Source of the DNA: a virus
Lineage: Duplodnaviria > Heunggongvirae > Uroviricota > Caudoviricetes
IMG/VR virus record: IMGVR_UViG_2627853701_000009
Length of the DNA: 64,000 bases
Direction: 5' to 3' (one strand)
In this document: positions 53,439 through 62,892 of the stretch, piece by piece
How positions within the stretch are numbered: position 1 is the stretch's first letter
Layout: each line of letters opens with the position of its first letter
Made by a program: the position numbers and the translations under genes
The notes under the pieces: generated by a model
Database searches by the model: none
The model's input: only the letters and a program-made list of their open reading frames with translations
Told to the model about the DNA's origin: nothing

Positions 53439-54105
53439 CCTGTTTGGAATAGCCAGCCTTTAATGGATAACTATTTCTGACAATGCAATGAGTATAATCA
53501 AGTCCATCTTCCACTGAGAATTAGAGGCGGCATGCTTTTTCCGGCTCTTGCCGGATATCCGTAATTGTCCATAATCTGCAGATTTATACCTTCTGCATGA
53601 CCTGTCAGCGAAAATTTGTCCGGTGTTTCTACGGGAATGACATCAAAAGTTACACGCACTCGCGTTACCGTGTAGACCTACTTTCCTGCACTTGCAAGAT
53701 CACAGTGGTGTAACCGTAACAGGAATTTATTCTCTGGACCGGCAGTAAATCCCTGAGTGGCGTGGTTCCCATATCAATTTCCCGCCAGGCAGCCTCCATT
53801 GCCAGCGTACAGGCTGGAGCCATGACCTGCCCTTTAAATCTGGCCCGACCATCCCACCGGACGTGTTCTTCTCCCCTGAACTTAGGTACAGTCATCTCCA
53901 GTGGCACAAAAGTGTCAGCGCCATAATTTTTGACCGTTATCGCGCTACGGATATTTTGTTGACTGGTGAAAATCACCCCGCAGAATCAGGCTTATTCCCT
54001 TAACCTGGGCTTTCATCCTGACCGCCGCCTCACTACGACCAATCAGACTGCCGATGCATTTTACCTTCATTGTTAGTATCATGATTTCAGGCCTGCACCA
54101 TCCGC

Positions 54106-54840
54106 TCATTGCCCGGACTTCCGACAAATCCCGGCAACCATATCCCGGTGCTTGTTCAGCTCCCGCAGCGCGGCGCAGACTCGCTCCCACTTCTGGACAT
54201 GATTCTTCGCCCTACGCAGTTCGCGATTTGCCATATGCAGCGATGGCAAAATCAAATCATCTTCTCGCGTTGCAGTAAACGATGGCAGCGACTGCACAAT
54301 GTCCGCCACAGTTTCTGTTTTAATATCTTCCTGTGTTGCATCTTTCTGTACCGGTAACGCAACACCGGCTGGCTGAGGAAAGGCTTTACCATCGGTTTCC
54401 GCTACCGATTCAACTTTCGGCTCTGCTGGTAAATTATCACCTGGTATGCAGTAACGAATTTTACCGTTCTGGTTTACGCGAATCAGACGACCTTTGCTGA
54501 TTGCCATTGCCAGCGTTGAAGCAACTTTGCGGGATGTTGTACCGAACAGCGTAGCCAGTTCATCCGCCGTTTGTGGTCCGCGTTGTTCAATCGTCGCGGT
54601 TAAATCGCACTCTGAGATTTTCGCTTCTGTTGCCGTGGTGGTTTCTTCTGGCGCTGGCTGTTCCTGCTGAACGTTGTTATCAGCCACACGCCAGGTGTAT
54701 ACGCTTTTATCAACGAAGCCAGCCTTTTTCAGTTCCCACAGCTCGTTCAGTACTTCTTCACGACTGATATCAAGTCGCGCAGCCAGCTATACCGACGTGG
54801 CTTTTCCCATCGCTTTCAGTGCGTCAAAAACAGTCTCCAT
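54106..54840 (-). pseudogene. Winged-helix prophage protein interrupted by in-frame TAG at codon 18
   Basis: Frame open from ATG at 54840 ([44 protein letters not shown]...) continuing into the 193-aa ORF. Confidence 0.5.
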
Positions 54841-54873
54841 AAATTTCCTCCCGGTAAAAAATCACTTCTCAAC

Positions 54874-55539
54874 TCAAACAAAACCAGCCGCTTTCCGGCG
54901 TTCATATTCCTGTTTCAGCAACTCAATTGGCGTTGGCCCCGACGGGCGTTTGGGGGCCGCCAGTTGTCGCCGGACTGGCGGAACGCTCAGGCCGTTACTA
55001 ACATGCTTTGCCCATTTCGTCAGTTGCCGTTCTGCAAGCCGTTTTAATTCCCCTTCGGTCATCTGGCGCTCAATCCCCTTTGAACGCATCTCGAGGCAAA
55101 TGTGATACAGCACAGGCTGAGACCACGGGTACTTATCACTTCCGTCGTATCGCCAGGACTCATTGCGCCAGCGGCGGTACTCCTCCATCACAGCATCCAC
55201 CGTCAGACCGAATGGATTGGCTCCGCTTTTCGAAATCAGTGCCACAAACTCAGCCAGGTCCGGAGGCCATGTTTCACCCGCCCGGCAGCGGTCCATGCAC
55301 TGGCGGCAGACCTGCCGGATTTGCTGCTCAGTCATCGCGCCAATCTGTGCAATCCAGAGCTTCGAAGGTGCGGCCCCGTTCTTCTGGATCCAGCGGTTCG
55401 AATAAACCACCCCCATGAGTTCCCACAGCTTCCAGGCCGTTTCCGTCGCTGATAAATCCGTTTTCACGTTCCCACTGCTCACGTGCTGCCCGAATTTCCT
55501 GAACTGCCCGTGATGCGGTGCCACCTGGTGCTGCTGCAT
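54874..55539 (-). CDS. P: Replication protein P-like (helicase loader); true start probably internal (about 55335)
   Basis: C-terminal two-thirds align with lambda P (YPWSQPVLYH...ELKRLAERQLTKW); 5' part overlaps O-like ORF. Confidence 0.65.
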   Translation of the reverse strand: MQQHQVAPHHGQFRKFGQHVSSGNVKTDLSATETAWKLWELMGVVYSNRWIQKNGAAPSKLWIAQIGAMTEQQIRQVCRQCMDRCRAGETWPPDLAEFVALISKSGANPFGLTVDAVMEEYRRWRNESWRYDGSDKYPWSQPVLYHICLEMRSKGIERQMTEGELKRLAERQLTKWAKHVSNGLSVPPVRRQLAAPKRPSGPTPIELLKQEYERRKAAGFV

Positions 55540-56368
55540 GGTTTACCCCTTTGCTGACTGGTTTAACCTGCGCCCTGACGTGATTTACGTGACGGGCGAA
55601 TTTCTGCTCCCACTGAATCTGCGTAAACACTTTCCCCTCCGCTGCCCAGTAGTCCCGGAAGGCGGCAAGTTCAGCAGGTGTAAATTCTGTCTCCGGCAAA
55701 GCCATCCCCCACAACGCAGCCCGTCGTCGAAAATCCCGTGACGGATACCAGCTATCGCTCATCGGGAATTTTCCGATGGGTTCGCTCAGGCCATACAGGA
55801 ATACAGGGGGGGCTGCCTGTAACGACAAAACTTCCTGCTCACTGGTCGGAGCACTCTCGCGTGCGTTATGTGTGGGGTTTAGATCTTTGGGTTCCTTTGG
55901 GTTCCGTGATCCGTTTTTGGGTGTCTTTGATGGAAAATTTGGGTGTCTTTGGTTATTTTCCATGCAGCTAAGAGTTCTGTTTTTGGGTCTGTTTTGTGCT
56001 GAAACATAACCATTTTCGGTACTGTTTTTATTAACAGCACCAATTTTACCCACCTTTAAAGACTCCCGTTTTTGGGTGTATTCAGGCTCGGCAACACTTT
56101 CTTCTACACCGATAAGTCGGTACACCACAATTTGCTTTGTTCTGCCTTTTCTCTCACCGGTATCAACAATTAACCCAATCTCCATCAGGTGTCGTAAGCT
56201 GTCCTGCACAGTCTTTTTGTTCAGTTCCGTTACTTCTGCCAGTGCAGATACAGACGGGTATGCACACAAATCGGCACCGCACATATCAGCAAGCCAGGTC
56301 AATACTGACTTACTGGATGAACTGCCGGTTTTCACCTTTTTAGCCCATCGTAGTGCATCGATACTCAT
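55328..56368 (-). CDS. Replication initiator (HTH N-domain, DnaT-like C-domain; O-like function)
   Basis: MSIDALRWAKKVKTGSSSSKSVLTWLADMCG... and C-terminal FTPAELAAFRDYWAAEGKVFTQIQWEQKF. Confidence 0.65.
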   Translation of the reverse strand: MSIDALRWAKKVKTGSSSSKSVLTWLADMCGADLCAYPSVSALAEVTELNKKTVQDSLRHLMEIGLIVDTGERKGRTKQIVVYRLIGVEESVAEPEYTQKRESLKVGKIGAVNKNSTENGYVSAQNRPKNRTLSCMENNQRHPNFPSKTPKNGSRNPKEPKDLNPTHNARESAPTSEQEVLSLQAAPPVFLYGLSEPIGKFPMSDSWYPSRDFRRRAALWGMALPETEFTPAELAAFRDYWAAEGKVFTQIQWEQKFARHVNHVRAQVKPVSKGVNHAAAPGGTASRAVQEIRAAREQWERENGFISDGNGLEAVGTHGGGLFEPLDPEERGRTFEALDCTDWRDD

Positions 56369-56891
56369 ACGCCCCCCTGGCAGACATTTGTTTATCTGCA
56401 AAGTAATATTGGTATTGCTGACGATACGCGTGCTTGAAAGCAATAGCTTTTTCTATAAGCTCGTCAGTCTCACGTTCCACAACAACTGGATCCGCAAAAA
56501 GCAGCCCGGACTCCACCACATCGCCATATTCTTTGTTTAACCCGGCGATCATGTACGTAATGCTTTTTCCGTCAGTAATTTCACAATACAATCTGAAATC
56601 GCTGATCCGGATAGCCTCCATAATTGCCGGAATCAGCGCCGTGAATTTGTCACGCTTATCTCTGGTGTCGATAGCTTTCCAGCGTTCGAATATCTTCACC
56701 CGGTTAACGCCCAGCGCCCGTTGATCAACCTCGCCATCATTAAACGTGACGCGTTGAACATCGATGTTCGGGCGTTCTTTCAGAGCCCAGAATGCTTCCG
56801 TGATTAATATCGTCGCCTGCTCCTGTGTCATTCCTGGTCGGCATACCCAGGTATCCAGAGCCTCACAAACCTGTTCAGTGGTGATTTTCAT
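56340..56891 (-). CDS. Hypothetical protein between cro-like gene and replication genes
   Basis: 183-aa ORF in the cII position but too long for CII. Confidence 0.4.
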   Translation of the reverse strand: MKITTEQVCEALDTWVCRPGMTQEQATILITEAFWALKERPNIDVQRVTFNDGEVDQRALGVNRVKIFERWKAIDTRDKRDKFTALIPAIMEAIRISDFRLYCEITDGKSITYMIAGLNKEYGDVVESGLLFADPVVVERETDELIEKAIAFKHAYRQQYQYYFADKQMSARGAYEYRCTTMG

Positions 56892-57102
56892 TGTTCAACC
56901 GCCCCGCCCGCTTTGCCTTACGATATTCGTCATAAACTTTGGGGTCGTACTGAAGTTCCCCGCCGGATGCCTCTTGCAGGCGCATCGCGCGACCTTCAGG
57001 AACCAGTTCCCCCCATGCAGCAACGCTTGCCAGCCTAACTCCTGCGACATTGGCAAGCTTTGTTTTGCTGCCAAAAAACGCTATAGCATCAATTTTCAAC
57101 AT
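56875..57102 (-). CDS. dicC: Cro-like repressor, DicC-type
   Basis: 75 aa, FFGSKTKLANVAGVRLASVAAW helix-turn-helix; divergent from dicA. Confidence 0.7.
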   Translation of the reverse strand: MLKIDAIAFFGSKTKLANVAGVRLASVAAWGELVPEGRAMRLQEASGGELQYDPKVYDEYRKAKRAGRLNNENHH

Positions 57103-57178
57103 ATCGAAACCCTTAGATTTTCCTAAGGAAACTAGATCGTAGAGAAACCTAAGTCAAGAAAAATTAGAATTACCTAAT
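57103..57178. promoter_or_regulatory. Divergent dicA/dicC promoter-operator region with palindrome CCTTAGATTTTCCTAAGG (57111-57128) and further CCTAAG half-site
   Basis: Inverted repeat and repeated CTTAGG/CCTAAG hexamers between divergent repressor genes. Confidence 0.5.
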
Positions 57179-57586
57179 ATGAAAAACGAAACCTTCGGTG
57201 CTCGCCTCTTATACAGGCGAAAAAAATTAAAACTGTCTCAGGCCGCATTAGGTAAGCTGGTCAAAGTGGCTCACGTAACAATTTCTCAATGGGAAAGAGA
57301 TGAAACACAGCCAGCGGGGAAGAGATTATTCGCACTGAGCCAGGCGCTTCAGTGCTCGCCGACTTGGCTTCTTTTTGGAGATGAAGATAAGCAACCAGGC
57401 GAACCGATCCCAGATAATCAGCCAGTCAATCTGACAGAAGATCAAAAAGAGTTGCTTCAACTGTTCGACGCACTGCCTGAGTCAGAGCAAAAGGCTCTGT
57501 TGTCAGAGATGCGTGCTCGAGTTGAGAATTTCAACAAACTTTTTGAAGAACTACTCAAAGCTCGCAAAAGAAGCGCAAATAAATAA
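57179..57586 (+). CDS. dicA: Prophage repressor, DicA-type (XRE helix-turn-helix, no LexA-like cleavage domain)
   Basis: 135 aa, LSQAALGKLVKVAHVTISQWERDETQP...MRARVENFNKLFEELLKARKRS; DicA-like. Confidence 0.75.
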   Translation: MKNETFGARLLYRRKKLKLSQAALGKLVKVAHVTISQWERDETQPAGKRLFALSQALQCSPTWLLFGDEDKQPGEPIPDNQPVNLTEDQKELLQLFDALPESEQKALLSEMRARVENFNKLFEELLKARKRSANK

Positions 57587-57654
57587 CCCCCCTTTTTTTC
57601 GCAACTCTCTGTAATAAAAAGCACAAACTTTCAAATACTTGTGTTTTTTACATC

Positions 57655-57715
57655 AAGAAGCTTAGGTTTTTCTACACAAAAAGCTTGACCATAACTCTTA
57701 GGCTATTCTAAATTC
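57655..57715. promoter_or_regulatory. Candidate left operator/promoter with two CTTAGG half-sites downstream of dicA
   Basis: CTTAGG at 57661-57666 and 57698-57703 preceding the dicF/dicB operon. Confidence 0.4.
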
Positions 57716-57927
57716 TACTCATCAAGACACCGCACGGTGTTCTCAGCAAACAGTTCCGCTACCCGGCGTTAAGGGGAAGCAGAGGATTTCTCAGTGGGCG
57801 AGTCAAACATCAGAATGGAAGGCGTCCAGGGATCAGCAAAGAAACAGCGATGGCGCTTTATATTGATATCAGCGCCATTGCCGGACAGGTAAGAGTTATC
57901 AGAGCGGTAACTAAGCGGTATGCGCCT

Positions 57928-58134
57928 TTACTTCAGAAAGTCTCTGGTGAGTGCACCGAAGATATTGTCAACGATTTCGTCATCGAACTGCGAGGACTCA
58001 TCTTCAGTTACAAGGTGACCACAATTTTTGCAGATGGCTCCCGCGAAACTGTCAGAGCCCTGCGGCTTAAAGGATGTGTCAAAGACTTTGCCACCACATT
58101 CTGGGCAAGAAAACTTGATTGTATTCATAACCAA
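57928..58134 (-). CDS. Zinc-ribbon small protein (CPECGG...CKNCGH); competes with overlapping plus-strand ORF 57850-58149
   Basis: Cys-x2-Cys...Cys-x2-Cys motif; strand assignment unresolved. Confidence 0.35.
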   Translation of the reverse strand: MVMNTIKFSCPECGGKVFDTSFKPQGSDSFAGAICKNCGHLVTEDESSQFDDEIVDNIFGALTRDFLK

Positions 58135-58220
58135 TTTCCTCTCGAGTAACAGACCCCTCAGAGGATACCACCTCGCCTGACGTGGTTAAAAGCAGGCAAC
58201 GCTAACCACAAGGAGCCGAC

Positions 58221-58439
58221 ATGCAGAAACGAGAACCCGTCATCATCGCGCCAGACTATACCGATGATGAACTTTATGAGTGGATGCACCAGAAAATTAA
58301 GGCGGTGCAGGACCTGAAATGGGCCAATGAAGCCAGGGCTAAGCAGGCTGAAAATCTGTCCGCTCTGGAGCAGGATATCACCAATCTGGAAAAAGCAGCG
58401 GCATTAAGCATTGCCAGAATGATTACATACCCACGTTAA
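58221..58439 (+). CDS. Small early-left operon protein (72 aa, YdfC-sized)
   Basis: ORF in operon orientation. Confidence 0.45.
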   Translation: MQKREPVIIAPDYTDDELYEWMHQKIKAVQDLKWANEARAKQAENLSALEQDITNLEKAAALSIARMITYPR

Positions 58440-58461
58440 TAGCTAACCAACGAGGCTAATA

Positions 58462-58869
58462 ATGGAATTTAAAGATTTACCAACGCCATTACAGGAAATG
58501 GCATCGAATATAGTTCGTTCACAACTGGCTACTCTTGACCTTAGTACCGCAGAAAAAGAAACCATCGATAATATGGTTCGTAATGTGCGCAATGCTTTTT
58601 CTGGGCTATATGGTTCTGATAATCAAAAGCAGGAAAGCGATGTTAATAAACGGGTAATTTCTGTTTGCGTGAATGGCCATGTTCTTTCATCAATCAAAAC
58701 AGAAACGGCGACAGTCTTCGATTGCCTTTGCATTGTACAGAGCCTTGTTGATGCCCTGTTTCGTTCAGTGAATTTAGAAAATGATGCAAATCTGCGAGGG
58801 CGCATAATAGCACATCCATATGCACATACTTTAGGCTCTGTGGATATCAAAGATCCCACAAATCTTTAA
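58462..58869 (+). CDS. Hypothetical early-left operon protein (135 aa)
   Basis: ORF with RBS-like AGGCT...ATG; no homolog recalled. Confidence 0.45.
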   Translation: MEFKDLPTPLQEMASNIVRSQLATLDLSTAEKETIDNMVRNVRNAFSGLYGSDNQKQESDVNKRVISVCVNGHVLSSIKTETATVFDCLCIVQSLVDALFRSVNLENDANLRGRIIAHPYAHTLGSVDIKDPTNL

Positions 58870-59413
58870 TGAAATAGTTAACGCGAATTGTACTTGCTCT
58901 TTCGGTTGCTTTCAGAATACGCGTTGAAACTGCTGGCGGTAATTTGGTATTCCATTTATTAAAATCATGCCCGGGAAAGTACTCTTCGAAAATACTTTTA
59001 ACTGCAGACTCGCCTATTGAAATGCTGCTTACCATGCGATTTTGATAAAGGCATTTAGCAATAAGAGTTGATTTTAACATTCACCCTCCTGAGGGTTGGT
59101 AATTAAGGAGTTCTCCACGGGTGAAGTGGAGTGCGTGCGCCGGACACGGGTGAACATCCGGCACTGACAGTTTACTGAAAGGATATTTCTCTGAAAAGTC
59201 AGAGCATAACGCGAAAGCGCACGGCGAGGTTGCTGGTTCATAGATAGCCTGTCGTTAAATTTTCGTCGACCGTGCGCTTCCGGTTGTGGCACTCCGCGAA
59301 ATGGCGCAGCGGTAAGTATGGCGGGGTTATTCCTTCCCCGTTGAGGACACCGGGTTGTCAGGTTGACCATACGCTTAAGTGACAACCCCGCTGCAACGCC
59401 CTCTGTTATCAAT

Positions 59414-59466
59414 TTTCTGGTGACGTTTGGCGGCATCTGTTTGCCCATGAACTGATGTCCGCCCTT
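59414..59466 (+). ncRNA. dicF: DicF small regulatory RNA (ftsZ-targeting), with intrinsic terminator
   Basis: 5' segment TTTCTGGTGACGTTTGGCGG identical to E. coli DicF from memory; terminal hairpin GGCGGCATC...GATGTCCGCC followed by TTTTT; directly upstream of dicB. Confidence 0.8.
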
Positions 59467-59638
59467 TTTAAAGTGAATTTTGTGATGCAGTGAATGCGGC
59501 TAAGCGCACGCGGAACAGTTAAAGCTAAAAACAGTGTTATGGGTGGATTCTCTGTATCCGGCGTTAATTGTTAACTGGTTAACGTCACCTGGAGGCACCA
59601 GGCACCGCATCACAAAATTCATTGTTGAGGACGCGATA

Positions 59639-59827
59639 ATGGAAACGTTATTACCAAACGTTAATACGTCTGAAGGTTGTTTTGAAATTGGTGTCACTAT
59701 CAGTAACCCTGTATTTACTGAAGATGCCATTAACAAGAGAAAACACGAACGGGAGTTATTAAATAAAATATGCATTCTTTCAATGCTGGCCCGTTTACGT
59801 CCGATACAAAAAGGATGCTGGCAATGA
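59639..59827 (+). CDS. dicB: Cell division inhibitor DicB
   Basis: 62 aa, METLLPNVNTSEGCFEIGVTISNPVFTEDAINKRKHERELLNKICILSMLARL..., near-identical to K-12 DicB from memory. Confidence 0.85.
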   Translation: METLLPNVNTSEGCFEIGVTISNPVFTEDAINKRKHERELLNKICILSMLARLRPIQKGCWQ

Positions 59828-60015
59828 ATACAGCATTTGCACTTGTTCTGACAGTTTTTCTTGTTTCCGGAGAGCCAGTTGATATTGCAGTCAGTGTTCA
59901 CAGGACAATGCAGGAGTGTGTGACTGCAGCAACCGAACAGAAAATTCCCGGTAACTGTTACCCCGTCGATAAAGTTATTCACCAGGATAATAACGAAATC
60001 CCGGCAGGTCTTTAA
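59824..60015 (+). CDS. ydfD: YdfD-like small membrane protein (Qin lysis-associated)
   Basis: 63 aa, MNTAFALVLTVFLVSGEPVDIAVSVHRTMQECVTAATEQKIPGNCYPVDK; ATGA overlap with dicB stop. Confidence 0.7.
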   Translation: MNTAFALVLTVFLVSGEPVDIAVSVHRTMQECVTAATEQKIPGNCYPVDKVIHQDNNEIPAGL

Positions 60016-60107
60016 AACAGTTCCGTAATAAACATCCGATTTCATTCTTATATGCCAGCAATGGCAGGGATTTGTTCACCCTTAAATCTGTAATGAGGTA
60101 AAACAAA

Positions 60108-62579
60108 ATGAGTAAAGTCTTTATTTGCGCCGCCATTCCGGACGAACAGGCAATAAAGGAAGAAGGTGCTGTCGCTGTAGCCACTGCCATTGAAGCCGGT
60201 GATGAACGTCGCGCCCGCGCAAAATTTCACTGGCAATTCCTGGAGCATTATCCGGCTGCTCAGGACTGCGCTTATAAATTTCTTGTTTGCGAGGATAAAC
60301 CCGGTATACCCCGCCCTGCCCTCGATTCCTGGGATGCTGAATATATGCAGGAAAACCGCTGGGATGAGGGGGCTGCTTCCTTTGTCCCGGTTGAGACTGA
60401 ATCCGATCCGATGAACGTCGCTTTTGACAAGCTGGCCCCTGAAGTACAGAACGCTGTCATGGTTAAGTTCGACACATGTGAAAACATCACCGTTGATATG
60501 GTGATTAGCGCGCAGGAATTGTTGCAGGAAGACATGGCAACATTCGACGGACATATCGTTGAAGCGTTGATGAAAATGCCAGAAGTTAACGCCATGTATC
60601 CGGAGCTTAAGCTGCATGCCATCGGGTGGGTTAAGCATAAATGTAAGCCTGGTGCCAAATGGCCCGAAATTCAGGCAGAAATGCGCATCTGGAAAAAACG
60701 TCGCGAAGGTGAACGCAAGGAAACCGGAAAATACACGTCTGTTGTTGATCTCGCCCGCGCCAGAGTCCACCGACAGCACACTGAAAACTCAGCAGAAAAA
60801 ATCCCCCCTGTCACTGCAGTCATTCGTCGCGAATATAAGCAGACATGGAAAACACTGGATGACGAACTGGCCTACGCTCTCTGGCCTGGTGATGTGGATG
60901 CCGGAAACATTGACGGCAGCATCCATCGCTGGGCAAAAAATGAAGTTATCGACAACGACCGCGAAGACTGGAAGCGTATCTCGGCATCAATGCGCAAACA
61001 GCCTGATGCCCTTCGCTACGACCGCCAGACTATTTTTGGCCTTGTCCGTGAACGTCCGATCGACATTCACAAAGACCCTGTGGCACTGAACAAATACATT
61101 ACTGAATACCTGACTACAAAGGGCGTGTTTGAAGATGAAGGAACAAATCAGAGCGCAACTGACACTCTCTCGTCGCCAGTACCAGAAACTGATGCAGTGG
61201 AAACGGCAATTCCGGACAACGAAAAAACCGAATGCAAAGTGGAAGTCGAACCATCTGTAGAGCGTGAGGGGCCGTTCTACTTCCTCTTCACCGACAAGGA
61301 TGGCGAAAAATACGGTCGCGCAAACAAACTTTCTGGTCTGGATAAGGCGCTGGCTGCCGGGGCTACTGAAATCACAAAAGAAGAATATTTTGCCCGAAAA
61401 AATGGCACATACACAGGCTTACCGCAAAATGCAAATACCGCACAAAATTCTGAACAACCAGAACCGGTAAAAGTTACCGCTGACGAAGTAAAGAAAATTA
61501 TGCAGGCAGCCAATATCAGCCAGCCTGACGCCAATCAGTTGCTCGCCGCATCACGTGGTGAATTTGTTGCAGGGATTAGCGACCCGAATGATCCGAAATG
61601 GGTGAAGGGGATTGAAACCCGCGATTCTGTGAACCAGAACCAGCAAGAAACGGAACAGAACGACCAGAAAGCGGAACAAAACAGCCCAAATACGCAACAA
61701 AACGAGCCAGAAACGAAACAACCTGAGCCAGTAGCGCAACAGGAACCGGAAAAAGTCTGCACCGCCTGCGGTCAGACCGGCGGCGGCAACTGCCCTGATT
61801 GTGGCGCGGTGATGGGCGACGCAACATACCAGGAAACATTCGATGAAGAGTATCAGGTTGAAGTTCAGGAAGATGATCCGGAGGAAATGGAAGGCGCTGA
61901 ACATCCACACAAGGAGAACACTGACGGCAATCAGCATCACGATAGCGATAATGAAACTGGCGAGACGGCAGATCACTCAATTAAGGTGAACGGTCATCAA
62001 GAAATCACATCCACCAGCAGGACGTGTGACCATCTAATGATCGACCTTGAAACCATGGGAAAAAATCCTGATGCCCCGATCATCTCAATAGGTGCAATAT
62101 TTTTCGATCCGCAAACCGGAGATATGGGACCGGAATTTAGTAAGACTATCGATCTGGAAACTGCTGGCGGGGTCATTGATCGGGACACCATTAAATGGTG
62201 GCTTAAGCAATCACGCGAAGCGCAATCTGCCATTATGACCGATGAAATCCCGTTAGATGATGCACTATTACAATTGCGGGAATTTATCGACGAAAACTCC
62301 GGTGAATTTTTTGTTCAGGTCTGGGGAAATGGAGCCAACTTCGACAACACGATTTTGCGCCGTTCATACGAACGGCAGGGGATCCCCTGCCCGTGGCGTT
62401 ACTACAACGATCGCGATGTACGCACAATCGTTGAGCTGGGGAAAGCCATAGACTTCGATGCCAGAACGGCTATTCCATTCGAAGGTGAGCGCCATAATGC
62501 ACTTGATGACGCCCGTTACCAGGCAAAATACGTTTCAGTTATCTGGCAAAAACTGATCCCGAATCAGGCTGATTTTTAA
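60108..62579 (+). CDS. Large prophage protein (823 aa) with central zinc-ribbon and C-terminal DEDDh (DnaQ-like) 3'-5' exonuclease domain
   Basis: C-terminal motifs MIDLETMG, GNGANFDNTIL and ERHNALDDARYQ; CTACGQTGGGNCPDCG; acidic Gln-rich linker; occupies ydfE position. Confidence 0.7.
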   Translation: MSKVFICAAIPDEQAIKEEGAVAVATAIEAGDERRARAKFHWQFLEHYPAAQDCAYKFLVCEDKPGIPRPALDSWDAEYMQENRWDEGAASFVPVETESDPMNVAFDKLAPEVQNAVMVKFDTCENITVDMVISAQELLQEDMATFDGHIVEALMKMPEVNAMYPELKLHAIGWVKHKCKPGAKWPEIQAEMRIWKKRREGERKETGKYTSVVDLARARVHRQHTENSAEKIPPVTAVIRREYKQTWKTLDDELAYALWPGDVDAGNIDGSIHRWAKNEVIDNDREDWKRISASMRKQPDALRYDRQTIFGLVRERPIDIHKDPVALNKYITEYLTTKGVFEDEGTNQSATDTLSSPVPETDAVETAIPDNEKTECKVEVEPSVEREGPFYFLFTDKDGEKYGRANKLSGLDKALAAGATEITKEEYFARKNGTYTGLPQNANTAQNSEQPEPVKVTADEVKKIMQAANISQPDANQLLAASRGEFVAGISDPNDPKWVKGIETRDSVNQNQQETEQNDQKAEQNSPNTQQNEPETKQPEPVAQQEPEKVCTACGQTGGGNCPDCGAVMGDATYQETFDEEYQVEVQEDDPEEMEGAEHPHKENTDGNQHHDSDNETGETADHSIKVNGHQEITSTSRTCDHLMIDLETMGKNPDAPIISIGAIFFDPQTGDMGPEFSKTIDLETAGGVIDRDTIKWWLKQSREAQSAIMTDEIPLDDALLQLREFIDENSGEFFVQVWGNGANFDNTILRRSYERQGIPCPWRYYNDRDVRTIVELGKAIDFDARTAIPFEGERHNALDDARYQAKYVSVIWQKLIPNQADF

Positions 62580-62643
62580 TGTTCAACCCCGGTCGTTGCC
62601 CACCAGCTATAGTGGCGGCGACCATGATTAGCGAACGACGCTC

Positions 62644-62892
62644 ATGGCAAGACTTATTCTGCTCACTGAGTGGGCAAAAGAGGAATTCAGTGAACCGGTC
62701 CCAACTCCGAGTACGTTAAGTAAATACGCTAAAGCCGGAATGATATTTCCTCTCCCCAAAAAAGTTGGAAGACGCTGGCGAGTGGATCCGCAAGCTCGCT
62801 TTGTCGGAATGGTAAACAAGCCGGAGGTGATCGCCACAGATCACCCTGCTTTGAAGAGGATACTGGAAGATGGCGCGCCCGCGAAAATATAA
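62644..62892 (+). CDS. xis: Excisionase-like protein
   Basis: 82 aa, LLTEWAKEE...MIFPLPKKVGRRWRV resembles lambda Xis; overlaps int start. Confidence 0.65.
   Translation: MARLILLTEWAKEEFSEPVPTPSTLSKYAKAGMIFPLPKKVGRRWRVDPQARFVGMVNKPEVIATDHPALKRILEDGAPAKI

Noticed and set aside
53665-54190. Two minus-strand ORFs (103 and 81 aa) between the binding-protein gene and the amber-interrupted gene
   Set aside because: No start context, overlap each other and the neighbouring gene end; treated as debris rather than genes
59074-59448. 124-aa minus-strand ORF overlapping the DicF region
   Set aside because: Arg-rich, overlaps a conserved sRNA and its structured leader; more likely noncoding
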